From the NCBI GenBank assembly GCA_034659275.1, contig JAYEGY010000013.1, positions 3,299-67,298 of the forward strand: 64,000 bases of DNA, written 5' to 3'. Under the pieces are notes generated by a model. That model was not told the DNA's origin, did no database searches, and saw only the letters and a list, made by a program, of their open reading frames with translations. Below are positions 28,294 through 38,883 of the stretch, piece by piece (position 1 is the first letter of the stretch; every line of letters starts with the position of its first letter). This DNA comes from Bacteroidota bacterium (GTDB lineage Bacteria; Bacteroidota; Bacteroidia; Bacteroidales; VadinHA17). A program made the translations under genes and the position numbers.

Positions 28294-30327
28294 CTATCGT
28301 ATCCTGCTTCCGTTTTTTGTTTTATCCGAAGGAGATATAAATACCAGGTTGCCGTCGTCTTCTTCGGCCATCAGTATCATTCCCTGAGATTCAATACCTT
28401 TTATCTTTCTTGGCTCAAGGTTAAGCAGTACCGTTACCTTTTTATTTATGACAGTAGACGGGTCGAATTGTTCGGCTATGCCTGCAACAACGGTTCTTGT
28501 GTCTATGCCGGTGTCAAGGGTCAGTTGAAGGAGTTTTTTAGTCCGGGGCACCCGGGTGGCACCGGTAACAGTTGCAGTGCGAATATCCATCTTTGTAAAA
28601 TCATCAAAGCTTATCGTTTCTTTTACAGGTTCTGATTCTTTTACTGTATCGTCATTTTGCTTTTTTGTTTCCATAAGCTTATTGAGCTGTTTTTCCACTT
28701 CTTCATCTTCGATCTTCCTGAAAAGTAATCCCGGTTTCTTTATCTTATGACCCGGGTTAAGGAGATCATCCCTTCCGGCATTTCCCCATTCCATTACTCC
28801 TATATTAAGCCATTCCCTTAATTTTTTTACTGAAAAGGGCAGGAAGGGATCCAGTATAATGGTTAAGTTGGCGGTTATCTGCAGGGCTATGTTCAATATT
28901 GTCTTAACCTTTTCCCTGTCATTTTTGATCACTATCCAGGGCTCTGTGTCGGCAAGATACTTATTACCCAGCCTTGCCAGGTTCATTGCTTCTTTCAGGG
29001 CTTCCCTGAACCTGAAAGTGTCGAGTGCAGAAGCCACTTTATCCTTAAGTGCCGCTATCTCTGCCAGCACTTCCCTGTCGTATTTGTCTGTTCCGGACAG
29101 GGGCGGTACTTCACCGTCGAAATATTTATTGGTAAGCACCAGGGCGCGGTTTACAAAATTACCGAGTATGGCTACCAGTTCATTATTGTTTCTCGACTGG
29201 AATTCTTTCCAGGTAAAGTCATTATCTTTTGTTTCCGGGGCACTGGCGCACAGGGCATAGCGCAGCACATCCTGCTCGCCGGGGAATTCCTCCAGGTATT
29301 CATGCAGCCACACCGCCCAGTTTCTGGATGTTGATATTTTGTTGTTCTCGAGGTTCAGGAACTCGTTGGCCGGCACATTGTCAGGCAGGATATATGAGCC
29401 TTCGGCTTTAAGCATCACAGGGAAAATAATACAGTGAAAGACTATATTATCCTTGCCGATGAAATGTATCATTCTTGTTCCCGGGTCTTTCCAGTATTTT
29501 TCCCAGTCATCGGTAAGCTCCCGTGTTGCTGATATGTATCCTATTGGTGCATCAAACCATACGTAGAGCACTTTACCTTCCATTCCTTCAACGGGCAGGG
29601 GCACACCCCAGTCGAGATCCCGGCTCACCGCTCGTGGTTGCAGTCCCTGGTCGAGCCACGATTTGCACTGTCCGTAAACATTAGCTTTCCATTCTTTATG
29701 GTCCTCCAGGATCCATTTCCTGAGCCATCCTTCAAATTTGTCAAGGGGTAAATACCAGTGTTTTGTTTCTTTCATCACAGGTTTTGTGCCGCTGACCATC
29801 GAACTTGGATTGATCAGATCAGTGGGGCTTAATGAGGTACCGCAGCTTTCACACTGGTCGCCGTAAGCATCGGGATGACCACAGTGCGGACATGTACCTG
29901 TTATGTAGCGGTCGGCCAGGAAACACCCGGCTTCATTATCGTAATACTGCTCTGTGGATTGTTCAATGAATTCACCCTTTTTGTAAAGGGTGGTGAAGAA
30001 ATCTGAAGCTGTCTCGTAATGTATGCTGTTGGTTGTCCTTGAATAAATATCGAATTCGATGCCGAAGTCTTCAAAAGCCTTCTTGTTAAGAGCGTGATAA
30101 TAATCAACTACCTCCTTCGGTGTAACGCCTTCTTTCCTGGCTTTCAGTGTTATGGGCATCCCATGCTCATCAGATCCGCATATGGAAATGACATCCTCTC
30201 CTTTTATTCTGAGGTACCTGGTATATATGTCACTGGGCACATACACACCTGCCAGGTGTCCGATGTGTATGGGACCGTTAGCATAGGGAAGTGCTGAAGT
30301 GATCAGGTGTCGGTCAGGTTTCTTCAT
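28294..30327 (-). CDS. metG: Methionine--tRNA ligase
   Basis: HIGH region [14 protein letters not shown], zinc knuckles CPHCG..CESCG, KISTSR (KMSKS variant), and a C-terminal tRNA-binding domain. Confidence 0.95.
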   Translation of the reverse strand: MKKPDRHLITSALPYANGPIHIGHLAGVYVPSDIYTRYLRIKGEDVISICGSDEHGMPITLKARKEGVTPKEVVDYYHALNKKAFEDFGIEFDIYSRTTNSIHYETASDFFTTLYKKGEFIEQSTEQYYDNEAGCFLADRYITGTCPHCGHPDAYGDQCESCGTSLSPTDLINPSSMVSGTKPVMKETKHWYLPLDKFEGWLRKWILEDHKEWKANVYGQCKSWLDQGLQPRAVSRDLDWGVPLPVEGMEGKVLYVWFDAPIGYISATRELTDDWEKYWKDPGTRMIHFIGKDNIVFHCIIFPVMLKAEGSYILPDNVPANEFLNLENNKISTSRNWAVWLHEYLEEFPGEQDVLRYALCASAPETKDNDFTWKEFQSRNNNELVAILGNFVNRALVLTNKYFDGEVPPLSGTDKYDREVLAEIAALKDKVASALDTFRFREALKEAMNLARLGNKYLADTEPWIVIKNDREKVKTILNIALQITANLTIILDPFLPFSVKKLREWLNIGVMEWGNAGRDDLLNPGHKIKKPGLLFRKIEDEEVEKQLNKLMETKKQNDDTVKESEPVKETISFDDFTKMDIRTATVTGATRVPRTKKLLQLTLDTGIDTRTVVAGIAEQFDPSTVINKKVTVLLNLEPRKIKGIESQGMILMAEEDDGNLVFISPSDKTKNGSRIR

Positions 30328-30369
30328 ACTATTTTTTTCTCCGTATCCTTATAGGTTGGTAAATTGAGA

Positions 30370-30377
30370 CAAAGATA
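30370..30377 (-). promoter_or_regulatory. -7 box TATCTTTG (minus strand) for metG
   Basis: CAAAGATA on the plus strand, 43 nt upstream of the ATG at 30327. Confidence 0.35.
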
Positions 30378-30396
30378 AACAATATATGGAATGGTG

Positions 30397-30427
30397 GTAA
30401 CTTACCTCGCTGCGCGAGGCAAATTAC
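30397..30427. repeat. 31-nt imperfect palindrome with a GC core (REP-like)
   Basis: GTAACTTACCTCGC-tgc-GCGAGGCAAATTAC, with 12 of 14 positions paired. It contains GCAAATTAC (30419-30427), the same 9-mer found at 49877-49885. Confidence 0.7.
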
Positions 30428-30453
30428 TTTATTCCTATTATCTTTACCATGTC

Positions 30454-31365
30454 ATGAAAAAAATAATCAAACCCCCTGCTTTGAAGGAAAGCGACAGGGT
30501 GGCTGTGATTGCACCTGCCGGCCTGGTAGACCGTGAAGTAATTGAACCTGCAATAGAAAAACTGGAATCATGGGGACTGGAGGTGGAAAGAGGGGATGCC
30601 CTTTATGAGCGTTTTGGTGTGTTTGCCGGCGCAGATGCACGTCGGCTGGCTGACCTGCAAAAGGCGCTTGACGACCCTGGCATAAGAGCGATAATATGCG
30701 CAAGGGGGGGGTATGGAATGTCGAGGATTATACGCAGTGTGGATTTCAGGGCTTTCAGAAAAAATCCCAAATGGGTAGCCGGATTCAGTGATATAAGTGT
30801 ACTGCATCTTTTCATTAACTGTAACTTAGGGATAAGCACCCTGCATGCCGAGATGCCACTTAATTTTCATAAGAATGAAGAAAATTCAGCTACACTGGTA
30901 ACATTGAAGAAATCACTTTTTGAAGGGCCCCAGGATTATGATTGGAGCACCGGTCCAAAAAGGGATGGTACAGCAGAAGGCATTCTCACAGGAGGCAATC
31001 TATCACTCATCAGTAATCTCCTTGGCACGGAAATTAAGGAGTACCTGAAGGGTAAAATATTGTTTATTGAAGAGAACGGTGAATATTTTTACTCACTGGA
31101 CAGGATGATCACGGGACTGCGACTTGCAGGTGTCTTTGAAAAGATAAAAGGTTTGATTATCGGTGGTTTATCCAATATAAAAGAGTCTGAAGTTAGATAT
31201 TCCTCAGGGGCTGATGACATAATAATGGAAAGCGTAAGTGAATATGCTTTTCCCGTGGCTTTCGGTTTTCCCGCCGGTCATATTAAAGACAACAGGGCAC
31301 TGGTCCTCGGTGCGGGTATTAATCTTGAGGTGTCGGGCGGAAAGGCTGTTTTGCGATACCTCTAA
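30454..31365 (+). CDS. ldcA: LD-carboxypeptidase (peptidase S66)
   Basis: GFSDISVLH nucleophile motif. I chose the start at MKKIIKPPALKESDRVAVIAPAG. The track start at 30391 would read through the palindrome. Confidence 0.75.
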   Translation: MKKIIKPPALKESDRVAVIAPAGLVDREVIEPAIEKLESWGLEVERGDALYERFGVFAGADARRLADLQKALDDPGIRAIICARGGYGMSRIIRSVDFRAFRKNPKWVAGFSDISVLHLFINCNLGISTLHAEMPLNFHKNEENSATLVTLKKSLFEGPQDYDWSTGPKRDGTAEGILTGGNLSLISNLLGTEIKEYLKGKILFIEENGEYFYSLDRMITGLRLAGVFEKIKGLIIGGLSNIKESEVRYSSGADDIIMESVSEYAFPVAFGFPAGHIKDNRALVLGAGINLEVSGGKAVLRYL

Positions 31366-31367
31366 GA

Positions 31368-32585
31368 TCAGAAAGCGGCCAGCAGGAGGTTAATATCTTT
31401 GGACAGCAGGTTGAATTTCTGCCCGAGGGTTTCATTTGTGAGCATGCCCTTGTAGATATAAACACCATCATTCAGCCCGGTATAGCTTTTTAACATTGTA
31501 TCCAATCCACCCTGGTCGGCCATCTCCTGTATCAGGGGGGTGAATACATTGCTTAATGCTATTGATGCGGTGCGGGCCACCCTGGAAGGCAGGTTCCAGG
31601 CGGAGAAATGTATCACCCCGTGTTTTTCATATACGGGGTCCTGCAGATCACGGCATTCCATGGTTTCAATGCAACCACCTCTGTCAATGCTGAGATCGAT
31701 GAGGAAAGAGCCCTTCTTCATTTTCTTTACCATATCTTCAGTGATAAAGTACCAGGGCCTGAGATCTTCAATCTGTATTGCGCCAATTAGGACATCGGCT
31801 GATTTAAGTGCTTTATTCAGTACCCGGGGGTGGTACACCGAGGTTTGCAGTCTCTGCCCCAGTATCGACTGGAATTTTCTGAGCGTATGGACTGAATTAT
31901 CAAAGATCTTTACTTCAGCACCAAGTCCCAAAGCCGCCCTTGCTGCATATTCACCTGCCGTACCCGCACCTATTATAACAACTTCTGTTGGTGTCACACC
32001 CGAAATACCTCCCAGCATAACTCCTTTGCCACCATGTTGGTTACTGAGGTATTCGGATGCAATCAGCACTGCAGTGACACCGCTTATCTCGCTCATTGAT
32101 TCAACTACGGGTAATTCGTCATGCTTATCCCTTATTTTTTCAAAAGCAATGGCAGTGATATTTTTGCGCATCATGGACATAAGGGTAGCTTTGTTTTGCT
32201 TAAGCACTTTGAGAAATGAAAGTACTGTTGACCGCTCACGCAGCTTTTCAACTTCGTCCTTTGAAAAAGGAGCCACCTTTATTATCAGGTCGCATTTAAA
32301 AACTTCTTCACCTGTTTTTGTTATGAGGGCCCCGTTTTCACTGTAGTCTTTATCCGAATATTTCGAACCACTACCCGATCCTTCCTGCACACACACCTTG
32401 TTGCCTGCTTCAACGAGTATATTAACTGCTTCGGGGGTGAGGGCAACCCGTTTTTCGTTCTCTTCGGATTCGCGGGGTATCCCTATACTTATTTTTTTCT
32501 TTTTCAGGCCTGTTTCCAGGAGCTCTTCCTGCGGCAAAAGGGCCGTGCTGGAAATATATTTATCCTTTTTTTCTTTCTCCTGCAT
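31368..32585 (-). CDS. AlaDH/PNT-family NAD-binding dehydrogenase (alanine-dehydrogenase-like)
   Basis: Rossmann motif VIIGAGTAGEYAARAALGLGAEV. The start at MQEKEKK (32585) is supported by a -7 box 24 nt upstream. The 42-aa track extension looks non-coding. Confidence 0.65.
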   Translation of the reverse strand: MQEKEKKDKYISSTALLPQEELLETGLKKKKISIGIPRESEENEKRVALTPEAVNILVEAGNKVCVQEGSGSGSKYSDKDYSENGALITKTGEEVFKCDLIIKVAPFSKDEVEKLRERSTVLSFLKVLKQNKATLMSMMRKNITAIAFEKIRDKHDELPVVESMSEISGVTAVLIASEYLSNQHGGKGVMLGGISGVTPTEVVIIGAGTAGEYAARAALGLGAEVKIFDNSVHTLRKFQSILGQRLQTSVYHPRVLNKALKSADVLIGAIQIEDLRPWYFITEDMVKKMKKGSFLIDLSIDRGGCIETMECRDLQDPVYEKHGVIHFSAWNLPSRVARTASIALSNVFTPLIQEMADQGGLDTMLKSYTGLNDGVYIYKGMLTNETLGQKFNLLSKDINLLLAAF

Positions 32586-32608
32586 GGGAGCGCATTTTAT
32601 GATGAAAC

Positions 32609-32616
32609 CAAAGGTA
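32609..32616 (-). promoter_or_regulatory. -7 box TACCTTTG (minus strand) for the AlaDH-like gene
   Basis: CAAAGGTA on the plus strand, 24 nt upstream of the ATG at 32585. Confidence 0.4.
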
Positions 32617-32668
32617 AAAAAATAATTGATGTGGAGCAATAATTGAAATATTCCATAAAAAAAGCAAT

Positions 32669-32676
32669 TATATTTG
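32669..32676 (+). promoter_or_regulatory. -7 box TATATTTG for tsaE
   Basis: Exact TAnnTTTG match 35 nt upstream of the ATG at 32711. Confidence 0.4.
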
Positions 32677-32710
32677 CACTGGGGGGAAAACACCATAAGC
32701 AGAATACTCA

Positions 32711-33127
32711 ATGCAGATATTAATTGAAAATACAGACCAGTTACCTGCGGCTGCGGAAGAATTTATCAGGTCTACCGGGGGTCACAATATTTTTGCTTTC
32801 TATGGTTCGTTGGGAGCCGGTAAAACCAACCTGATAAAAGCCATATGCTATAAACTGGGGAGTATTGATATCGTAACAAGCCCCAGTTTCACGCTGGTGA
32901 ATGAATATAAAACGTGGAATGGTGATGTATTATACCATTTCGACTTCTTCAGAATAAAAGATCAGGAAGAAGTCTTTGATTTTGGTTTCGAAGAATACCT
33001 GATGTCAGGAAAAAAATGTTTCATGGAGTGGCCAGAAAAAGTGGAGTCACTGCTCCCGGAGGACACTGTAAAGGTACATATTATGGTTAAGCCTGATTTG
33101 ACCAGGATCGTTGAAGTGAGCGATTAA
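32711..33127 (+). CDS. tsaE: tRNA t6A biosynthesis ATPase TsaE
   Basis: FYGSLGAGKTNLIKAIC P-loop, 138 aa. Confidence 0.85.
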   Translation: MQILIENTDQLPAAAEEFIRSTGGHNIFAFYGSLGAGKTNLIKAICYKLGSIDIVTSPSFTLVNEYKTWNGDVLYHFDFFRIKDQEEVFDFGFEEYLMSGKKCFMEWPEKVESLLPEDTVKVHIMVKPDLTRIVEVSD

Positions 33128-33147
33128 CCCACCTCAGCCTTATTTCT

Positions 33148-34701
33148 TTACTTTGGTTCCAGGCTTGCCACGGGGATCAGGAGTTCCTGCAATGAGATAC
33201 CTCCATGCTGGAAAGTGTTCCTGTAATATTTCGCGTAATAATTATAGTTGTTAGGATAAACAAGGAAATCATAATTACGGGCGAAGATATACCGGGAAGA
33301 GATATTTGATTTTGGTAATCCTGCCCTGTGTGGGTCGGTAATATCAAACACTTCGGATGAGCGGTAATCGAGATTCCTGCCCAGCTTATACCTTAAATTG
33401 GGCGAGGTGCTCCTGTCTCCCGTTACCTTAACAGGATTGTTAACCCTGATGGTGCCATGGTCCGTGCTTATTATAACCTTTACCTTTTCAGAGCTCAATA
33501 ATTGAAGCAATTCATACAGTGGAGAGTGTGTGAACCAGGAGAGGGTGAGTGACCTGTATGCGGGTTCGTCATTGGCCAGATCCCTTATAATATCTATTTC
33601 GGTACGTGCATGTGAAATAAGGTCGACAAAATTATAAACCAGGACATTAAGGTCCATACCGAGAAGATCGGGGATCATGTCATTTACCTTTTTACCCCCT
33701 GCATTACTGCTTATCTTAATATATTTCCACTTTATGTCGAGGGAAAGCCGGGTGAGCTGTTTAGCAAGCAATGCGCTTTCATGCTGATTTTTCCCTTCTT
33801 CTTCATCGTCATAGACCCATAATTCAGGATATTGCTTCTGTATATCCAGTGGCATCAGGCCGCTGAACAAGGAATTTCTCGAATACTGGGTTGAGGAGGG
33901 CAGTATACTGTAATATACTGACTCCCCGGCAATCCTGTACAATGAAGTTAATTCTTCCGATATTATCTTCCATTGGTCATAACGCAGGTTATCAATAAGT
34001 ATAAAGAACAATTTATCCTGCTTACCGAGAAGGGGAAATACTTTTTCTTTCATCAGCGAGGGACTCATTAGCGGTTTATTACTGTTTTCATTCCCCATCC
34101 ATGATAAATAATTAGCTGATATAAACTTGGCGAAGGCAGCATTTGCTTCCTGCTCCTGCATCAGGAATATATCGCGCAAATTGATGTCATTAGTCTTATC
34201 AAGTTGTATATCCCAGTAGACAAGCTTTTTATAAATGTCTATCCATTTGTCGCTATTATCGGCTTCACTTATTAGCTGGCTAATCTTCCTGAAATCGACC
34301 TGGTAACCACTTGTGGTTTTTTCAGTTACAAGTCTCTGGCTATCAGTATTTTTTTTTACGCACAGGAGTATCTGGTTTGGTTTTACCGGCTTTATCAGGT
34401 AATCGGCTATATGTGATCCTATGGCGTCATCCATGATATTTTCTTCCTCGCTCTTTGTAATCATTACTACCGGCACAGTCGGTTTTACCTGTTTTATTTC
34501 CTTCAGGGTATCTATGCCGCTCATTCCGGGCATATTTTCATCAAGCAGTATTATGTCATAGTTATTGGTACTCACCAGGTCAACGGTATCGTTGCCGTTG
34601 GTGCAGGTTTCAACCTCATAGCCCTTTTCTTCCAGGAACATAATGTGAGGTTGCAATATTTCTATTTCATCATCAGTCCAGAGAATTCTTATTTTTCTCA
34701 T
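33148..34701 (-). CDS. porX: Response regulator with a C-terminal PglZ / alkaline-phosphatase-like domain (PorX-type T9SS regulator)
   Basis: Receiver domain (ILWTDDEIE..., IILLDENMPGMSG) followed by a PglZ-like domain (IISTDHGT). The 517-aa size and architecture match PorX. Confidence 0.75.
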   Translation of the reverse strand: MRKIRILWTDDEIEILQPHIMFLEEKGYEVETCTNGNDTVDLVSTNNYDIILLDENMPGMSGIDTLKEIKQVKPTVPVVMITKSEEENIMDDAIGSHIADYLIKPVKPNQILLCVKKNTDSQRLVTEKTTSGYQVDFRKISQLISEADNSDKWIDIYKKLVYWDIQLDKTNDINLRDIFLMQEQEANAAFAKFISANYLSWMGNENSNKPLMSPSLMKEKVFPLLGKQDKLFFILIDNLRYDQWKIISEELTSLYRIAGESVYYSILPSSTQYSRNSLFSGLMPLDIQKQYPELWVYDDEEEGKNQHESALLAKQLTRLSLDIKWKYIKISSNAGGKKVNDMIPDLLGMDLNVLVYNFVDLISHARTEIDIIRDLANDEPAYRSLTLSWFTHSPLYELLQLLSSEKVKVIISTDHGTIRVNNPVKVTGDRSTSPNLRYKLGRNLDYRSSEVFDITDPHRAGLPKSNISSRYIFARNYDFLVYPNNYNYYAKYYRNTFQHGGISLQELLIPVASLEPK

Positions 34702-34742
34702 AGTATGAAATATTAATTGTCCAATACCTCTGCAAAGTTAAA

Positions 34743-37385
34743 TCACTTAAGGTAGTTTTCCCTGAAAAATAGATAATATCTGTCGGCATCTTTATCAGAA
34801 ATAAAACTGTCATAGTTGGTCGAGCTTATGATAAAGGTAAGCACTTCGCCTTCTCCCGTGGTCCTGAGTATGTCAGAAGGGGTGAAATTATTATAATATT
34901 CCATTGCAGATGAAATATTTTCAAATGTGCCGACAGTGATCTGTATGTATTTATCGTCAATCAGCTCGCCGCGTGTATTATAATTCTCATTGGTATAATT
35001 ATCGATATTATAGTTTATCACATCAAAGGCCATCCTGTTCATATCAAGCCCTGTTTCTTTGAATATTATTATAAACCTGTAAGGTGGGGCATCAAGGGTG
35101 TCGTACAGTTGAACAGCAATCTTTATTTCCTCCTCTTCCTTTAATGCGGGGACTTTTTTATTGATGAATGCAATCATTTCTGAGGCCCTGGTCGCTTCCT
35201 CTGAGTCGGGGTACCGGCTTGTTATGACACTGAGTTCTTCCTTCAGGGTTTTTTCATTTACTGATGGGGCACGTGCATATGCTTTAAGGAGCATGAATTT
35301 CGGAAGCAGTTCAGAATCAGGGAATTCATTTTCCGCATTGTTGCAGATATCAATCACTGCTTCTGAATTACCATTCTTCCATTCCCTGAATGCCTCATTA
35401 TATACCTCTTCAGCCCTGTTTGCTTCCTTCATCCTTGTTTCAAGATAATTGGGATCAGACAATATTTTTGCGTACTCACTGTCGGGGTGACTGTCAATAA
35501 GCTGTTGCCTGGATGAATTTGCCAGTTGAATATTGGCATCTTTATTCACCCTGTAAAGGTAATACAAAGCCAGTGGCACCCTGTAGTGATCAGGGAAGCG
35601 GTTGATATATTCTGTATATGACTGATTTGCTTCTTCAATGTCATTGAATTTTTCGTGGTACAAACGAGCAGAATTGTATAATGCGTTTGCGATCATTTGA
35701 TCAGATATTTCAAGAAGAGAATCGCTCATGGGGAGGTTTTTGAGATAATATTCCTTTGATTTAATATCTGATTCGGGCTCGATATTATCCGCTGCCTCTT
35801 CCTGGTAGTCCTCTATAGAGCTTCTTATAGCACCTGTTGTCGATTTGTTCCTTCTTCTCCAGTTATCTTCCAGTTCCCTGTCGCCCCATCTGTTACGGAA
35901 TTCTGTACGTCCAAAGGTCAGGGCCGACTGGTTATAAAAGTACCACTGTCCGCTGCCATCGACTCTTTCCCTGAACCTTCTCTGGTTTTCATAGAACTCT
36001 CCCATATTATACCTGTCATCCGTAGCCCTGCTTGCCTGTCTTTCTTCTTCTTCGGTTTTTCTTATTATCCCGCTTATTATGTTATCTATTTCTGAGGAAC
36101 TTAATGAAGCTACATATTGCAGGCTATCCTGGTTAGTTATTATATCCAGGTAATTTGTCAGTTCATCAAGATTAATCGATCTGGTATAGTATTCGTTGTA
36201 TCCGGGGTAATCCTTGTCAAGAAAGGAAACGGTGCTGTCGTAATACATCCGTGACTTATGGTAATCCGGTTTTTCGAAGTAGTGCTCGGCCAGCATCAGG
36301 TACGATCTTCCCTTTTGGTTGTTGTTGGCTGTGCTGGTGGCTACTGATTCATGATAATATTCAATAGCTTCATCAACATTACCTTCACGCATTGCAAGAT
36401 TGCCGAGAGCAAAGTATATCTGGTCACGATAGTCTTTGTTTTTGGAATTGCGCAATAGTTTATTCAGCTCTTTCTTTAAATCATTTACATTGCCTGTTTC
36501 AACGTCAAAGACACCTGCCTGGCTGATCCTGGCATTAAACTCCATCTCATAAGGAGGGTTTAACCTGGTTACTTCTTTATAATATTTTATTGCCTGTTCA
36601 CTGTTGCCTGTCTCCTCATACAACCTGGCAAGCAGGTAGGCCGGCCTGTTCTTATTCTTTTTACCCGATATGTTATCCAGGGCTTGAGTAAGAGGTTCAA
36701 TAGCTCTTTCATACTGGTTTTGCCTTATGTACATATCGGCGAGGGTAAGGAAATAATCTGCCCTGTCTGGATCGTCCAGCACACTGGTATTCACCTCTGT
36801 CAGCAGTCTGTTAGCCTCTCGATAATTACCTATCTCGATATATGTTCTCGCCAGCCATATGTTTGATACGGTCTTCATTTCTTCATCGTGTGTTTCCCTT
36901 ATATTGTGCAGGAGTGTCACCCTTGCATCACTCAGTTCATGTTTATGCAATTGTGCTTTCCCCATCAGGAGGTAACTGTCGTCAACCCAGTTGTTATAGT
37001 CCTTACGATCATAAAATTCCTGTTCTCTTTCGGTCAGGGCTCCGTCATTATCCATTTCAGGTTTTGCTGTCATGGAGTGCAGGCTTATCAATTTTGATGT
37101 CTTTTGTATTACCCTGTCCATTTCACCGCTGCCTGCTCTTGCAGCGTTCTCATCACTGTACTCAAAAACCGGGATAAGGGTGGCATAATCATCTTTGTAG
37201 GCATCCTTTATCCTTTCCACTCCACTCATGTATGCTTCACTGGCGTTGAAGTATATATTATAATTGGAAGTCAGGTTGTGATAGAAGCGGCTCAGATTGG
37301 TATTCTTTTCTACGGAGCATGAGAATGTCATAAGGCCTGTGGCCAGCACAATAAAAACCTTATTTGACTTAAGATGTTTTCCCAA
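34743..37385 (-). CDS. sprE: TPR-repeat lipoprotein, probable PorW/SprE T9SS component
   Basis: Lipobox LMTFSC. The N-terminal NLSRFYHNLTSNYNIYFNA resembles the SprE/PorW N-terminus as I recall it. It has multiple TPR-like repeats and is 880 aa. The assignment is not verified. Confidence 0.5.
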   Translation of the reverse strand: MGKHLKSNKVFIVLATGLMTFSCSVEKNTNLSRFYHNLTSNYNIYFNASEAYMSGVERIKDAYKDDYATLIPVFEYSDENAARAGSGEMDRVIQKTSKLISLHSMTAKPEMDNDGALTEREQEFYDRKDYNNWVDDSYLLMGKAQLHKHELSDARVTLLHNIRETHDEEMKTVSNIWLARTYIEIGNYREANRLLTEVNTSVLDDPDRADYFLTLADMYIRQNQYERAIEPLTQALDNISGKKNKNRPAYLLARLYEETGNSEQAIKYYKEVTRLNPPYEMEFNARISQAGVFDVETGNVNDLKKELNKLLRNSKNKDYRDQIYFALGNLAMREGNVDEAIEYYHESVATSTANNNQKGRSYLMLAEHYFEKPDYHKSRMYYDSTVSFLDKDYPGYNEYYTRSINLDELTNYLDIITNQDSLQYVASLSSSEIDNIISGIIRKTEEEERQASRATDDRYNMGEFYENQRRFRERVDGSGQWYFYNQSALTFGRTEFRNRWGDRELEDNWRRRNKSTTGAIRSSIEDYQEEAADNIEPESDIKSKEYYLKNLPMSDSLLEISDQMIANALYNSARLYHEKFNDIEEANQSYTEYINRFPDHYRVPLALYYLYRVNKDANIQLANSSRQQLIDSHPDSEYAKILSDPNYLETRMKEANRAEEVYNEAFREWKNGNSEAVIDICNNAENEFPDSELLPKFMLLKAYARAPSVNEKTLKEELSVITSRYPDSEEATRASEMIAFINKKVPALKEEEEIKIAVQLYDTLDAPPYRFIIIFKETGLDMNRMAFDVINYNIDNYTNENYNTRGELIDDKYIQITVGTFENISSAMEYYNNFTPSDILRTTGEGEVLTFIISSTNYDSFISDKDADRYYLFFRENYLK

Positions 37386-37461
37386 ATCAATTATTTTACT
37401 GTATTAACTGCTAAAGTCAGTAAATAGTATATTTCAGGCTGCGAATTTAATAAATGAAGAT

Positions 37462-37710
37462 CTATACTGCATCCACTCCGGTAATTTCCGGAACTTCTTT
37501 TATCAGAGCCTGTTCCACTCCCCCTTTAAGGGTCTGTGTTCTGAAGGGGCAGCCCTGACAGGCACCCAGCAGTTTTACTTTTACGATAAGCTCATCCGTA
37601 ATTTCAACAAGCTCAATATCACCTCCGTCAGCCTGTAGATAGGGTCTTAACTTATCAAGTGTTGCTTTTACTCTTGATTGAAGATTTTTCATATTTTCTT
37701 TTTCCATCAT
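37462..37710 (-). CDS. NifU-like Fe-S cluster protein (C-terminal-domain type)
   Basis: GGDIELV....GACQGCP motif, 82 aa. ATGA overlap with the upstream mrp. Confidence 0.8.
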   Translation of the reverse strand: MMEKENMKNLQSRVKATLDKLRPYLQADGGDIELVEITDELIVKVKLLGACQGCPFRTQTLKGGVEQALIKEVPEITGVDAV

Positions 37711-38810
37711 TCTTTATTTACCTGTACTCTTGAAGTGGGATCCTGTTTTTTGTTTCTCTCATCAGTTCTGGCAACCAGTTCGAGTGCAAAGTTTTCAAAA
37801 GCCTTTCCGATCTCATCATCTTCCAGGGCCACCGGTTTGCCAGTGTCACCGCTTTCGCAAATACTCTGGATAACGGGTATCTGGCCCAGAAGAGGGATAT
37901 TCATTTCTTCAGCCAGTTCCTTGCACCCTTCTTTGCCAAAGATATAGTATTTATTATCAGGCAGTTCAGCAGGTGTAAACCATGACATATTCTCTACCAG
38001 GCCCAGAACGGGAACATCTATCTTTTCATTTCTGAACATGGCTATTCCCTTTACAGCATCCTGGAGTGCAACTTTCTGGGGAGTGGATACTATAACGGCT
38101 CCCGTCACAGCCACTGTCTGTATCAGTGTAAGATGTATATCACTGGTTCCGGGAGGCAGGTCTATGATAAGATAGTCCAGCTTGCCCCAGTCACCCTGTC
38201 CGAGCAGCTGTTTGAGAAAATTTGATGCCATGGGACCACGCCATACCACAGCATCATTCTTCTTTACGAAAAAGCCTATGGACAGTATTTTTATACCGTA
38301 CTTTTCAACCGGCACAATAAGTTCTTTTTCACCATCTTTTCTTACATATGGCCGTTCATTCTCGGTATCGAGCATTTTAGGTGCTGAAGGGCCGAAAATA
38401 TCAGCATCGAGTAAGCCTGTGGCATATCCCTGTCGTGCAAGGGCAACAGCAGCATTGACAGCAATTGTTGATTTACCAACGCCGCCCTTGCCGGATGCTA
38501 TTGCTATAATATTTTTCACACCGGGAATAAGCTCATCGGCCAGTGGTTTTGCGGGTCCACCTGGCTCAGGGCTTTTAATATCTACCGAAGCGATCTCAAT
38601 ATCGGGACCAAAAGTCTCTTTCAGTGCCTTTACGCATGCGTGTTTAAGTGATGATGCCACTGGATCTTTTGGCTTTTCAGTCTTGAGTATGATAACAATC
38701 CCTTCATCCGTATGCTCTGCTTTTTCAACCATGCCCAGGGAAACAATATCTCCTTTCCCGGGATAATTGACTTTTTTAAGTACTTCAAGTAGTTGTTTAT
38801 TTGTATACAT
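37707..38810 (-). CDS. apbC: Mrp/NBP35-family Fe-S cluster carrier ATPase
   Basis: Deviant Walker A IASGKGGVGKST and an N-terminal DUF59-like region. Confidence 0.9.
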   Translation of the reverse strand: MYTNKQLLEVLKKVNYPGKGDIVSLGMVEKAEHTDEGIVIILKTEKPKDPVASSLKHACVKALKETFGPDIEIASVDIKSPEPGGPAKPLADELIPGVKNIIAIASGKGGVGKSTIAVNAAVALARQGYATGLLDADIFGPSAPKMLDTENERPYVRKDGEKELIVPVEKYGIKILSIGFFVKKNDAVVWRGPMASNFLKQLLGQGDWGKLDYLIIDLPPGTSDIHLTLIQTVAVTGAVIVSTPQKVALQDAVKGIAMFRNEKIDVPVLGLVENMSWFTPAELPDNKYYIFGKEGCKELAEEMNIPLLGQIPVIQSICESGDTGKPVALEDDEIGKAFENFALELVARTDERNKKQDPTSRVQVNKE

Positions 38811-38883
38811 ATTTTTACAACTTGTTTTTATTTAATTTAAATAAGAAAGCAAGTTTAAGGATTTTTTTCCTAAGCACAAAAAA

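Noticed and set aside
31540-32346. 268-aa plus-strand ORF
   Set aside because: It lies entirely antisense to the AlaDH-like gene, whose Rossmann motif and length are convincing. It shows the Ser/Pro/Thr-rich composition typical of shadow ORFs. The same reasoning applies to 4132..4671, 11768..12250, 38182..38766, 48573..49199 and 16838..17296.
33148-34701. PglZ domain as a sign of a BREX / phage-defence locus
   Set aside because: The PglZ-like domain is fused to an N-terminal receiver domain, which is the PorX architecture. There is no PglX methyltransferase, BrxC or other BREX gene nearby, and the neighbours are tsaE and a T9SS-type TPR lipoprotein.
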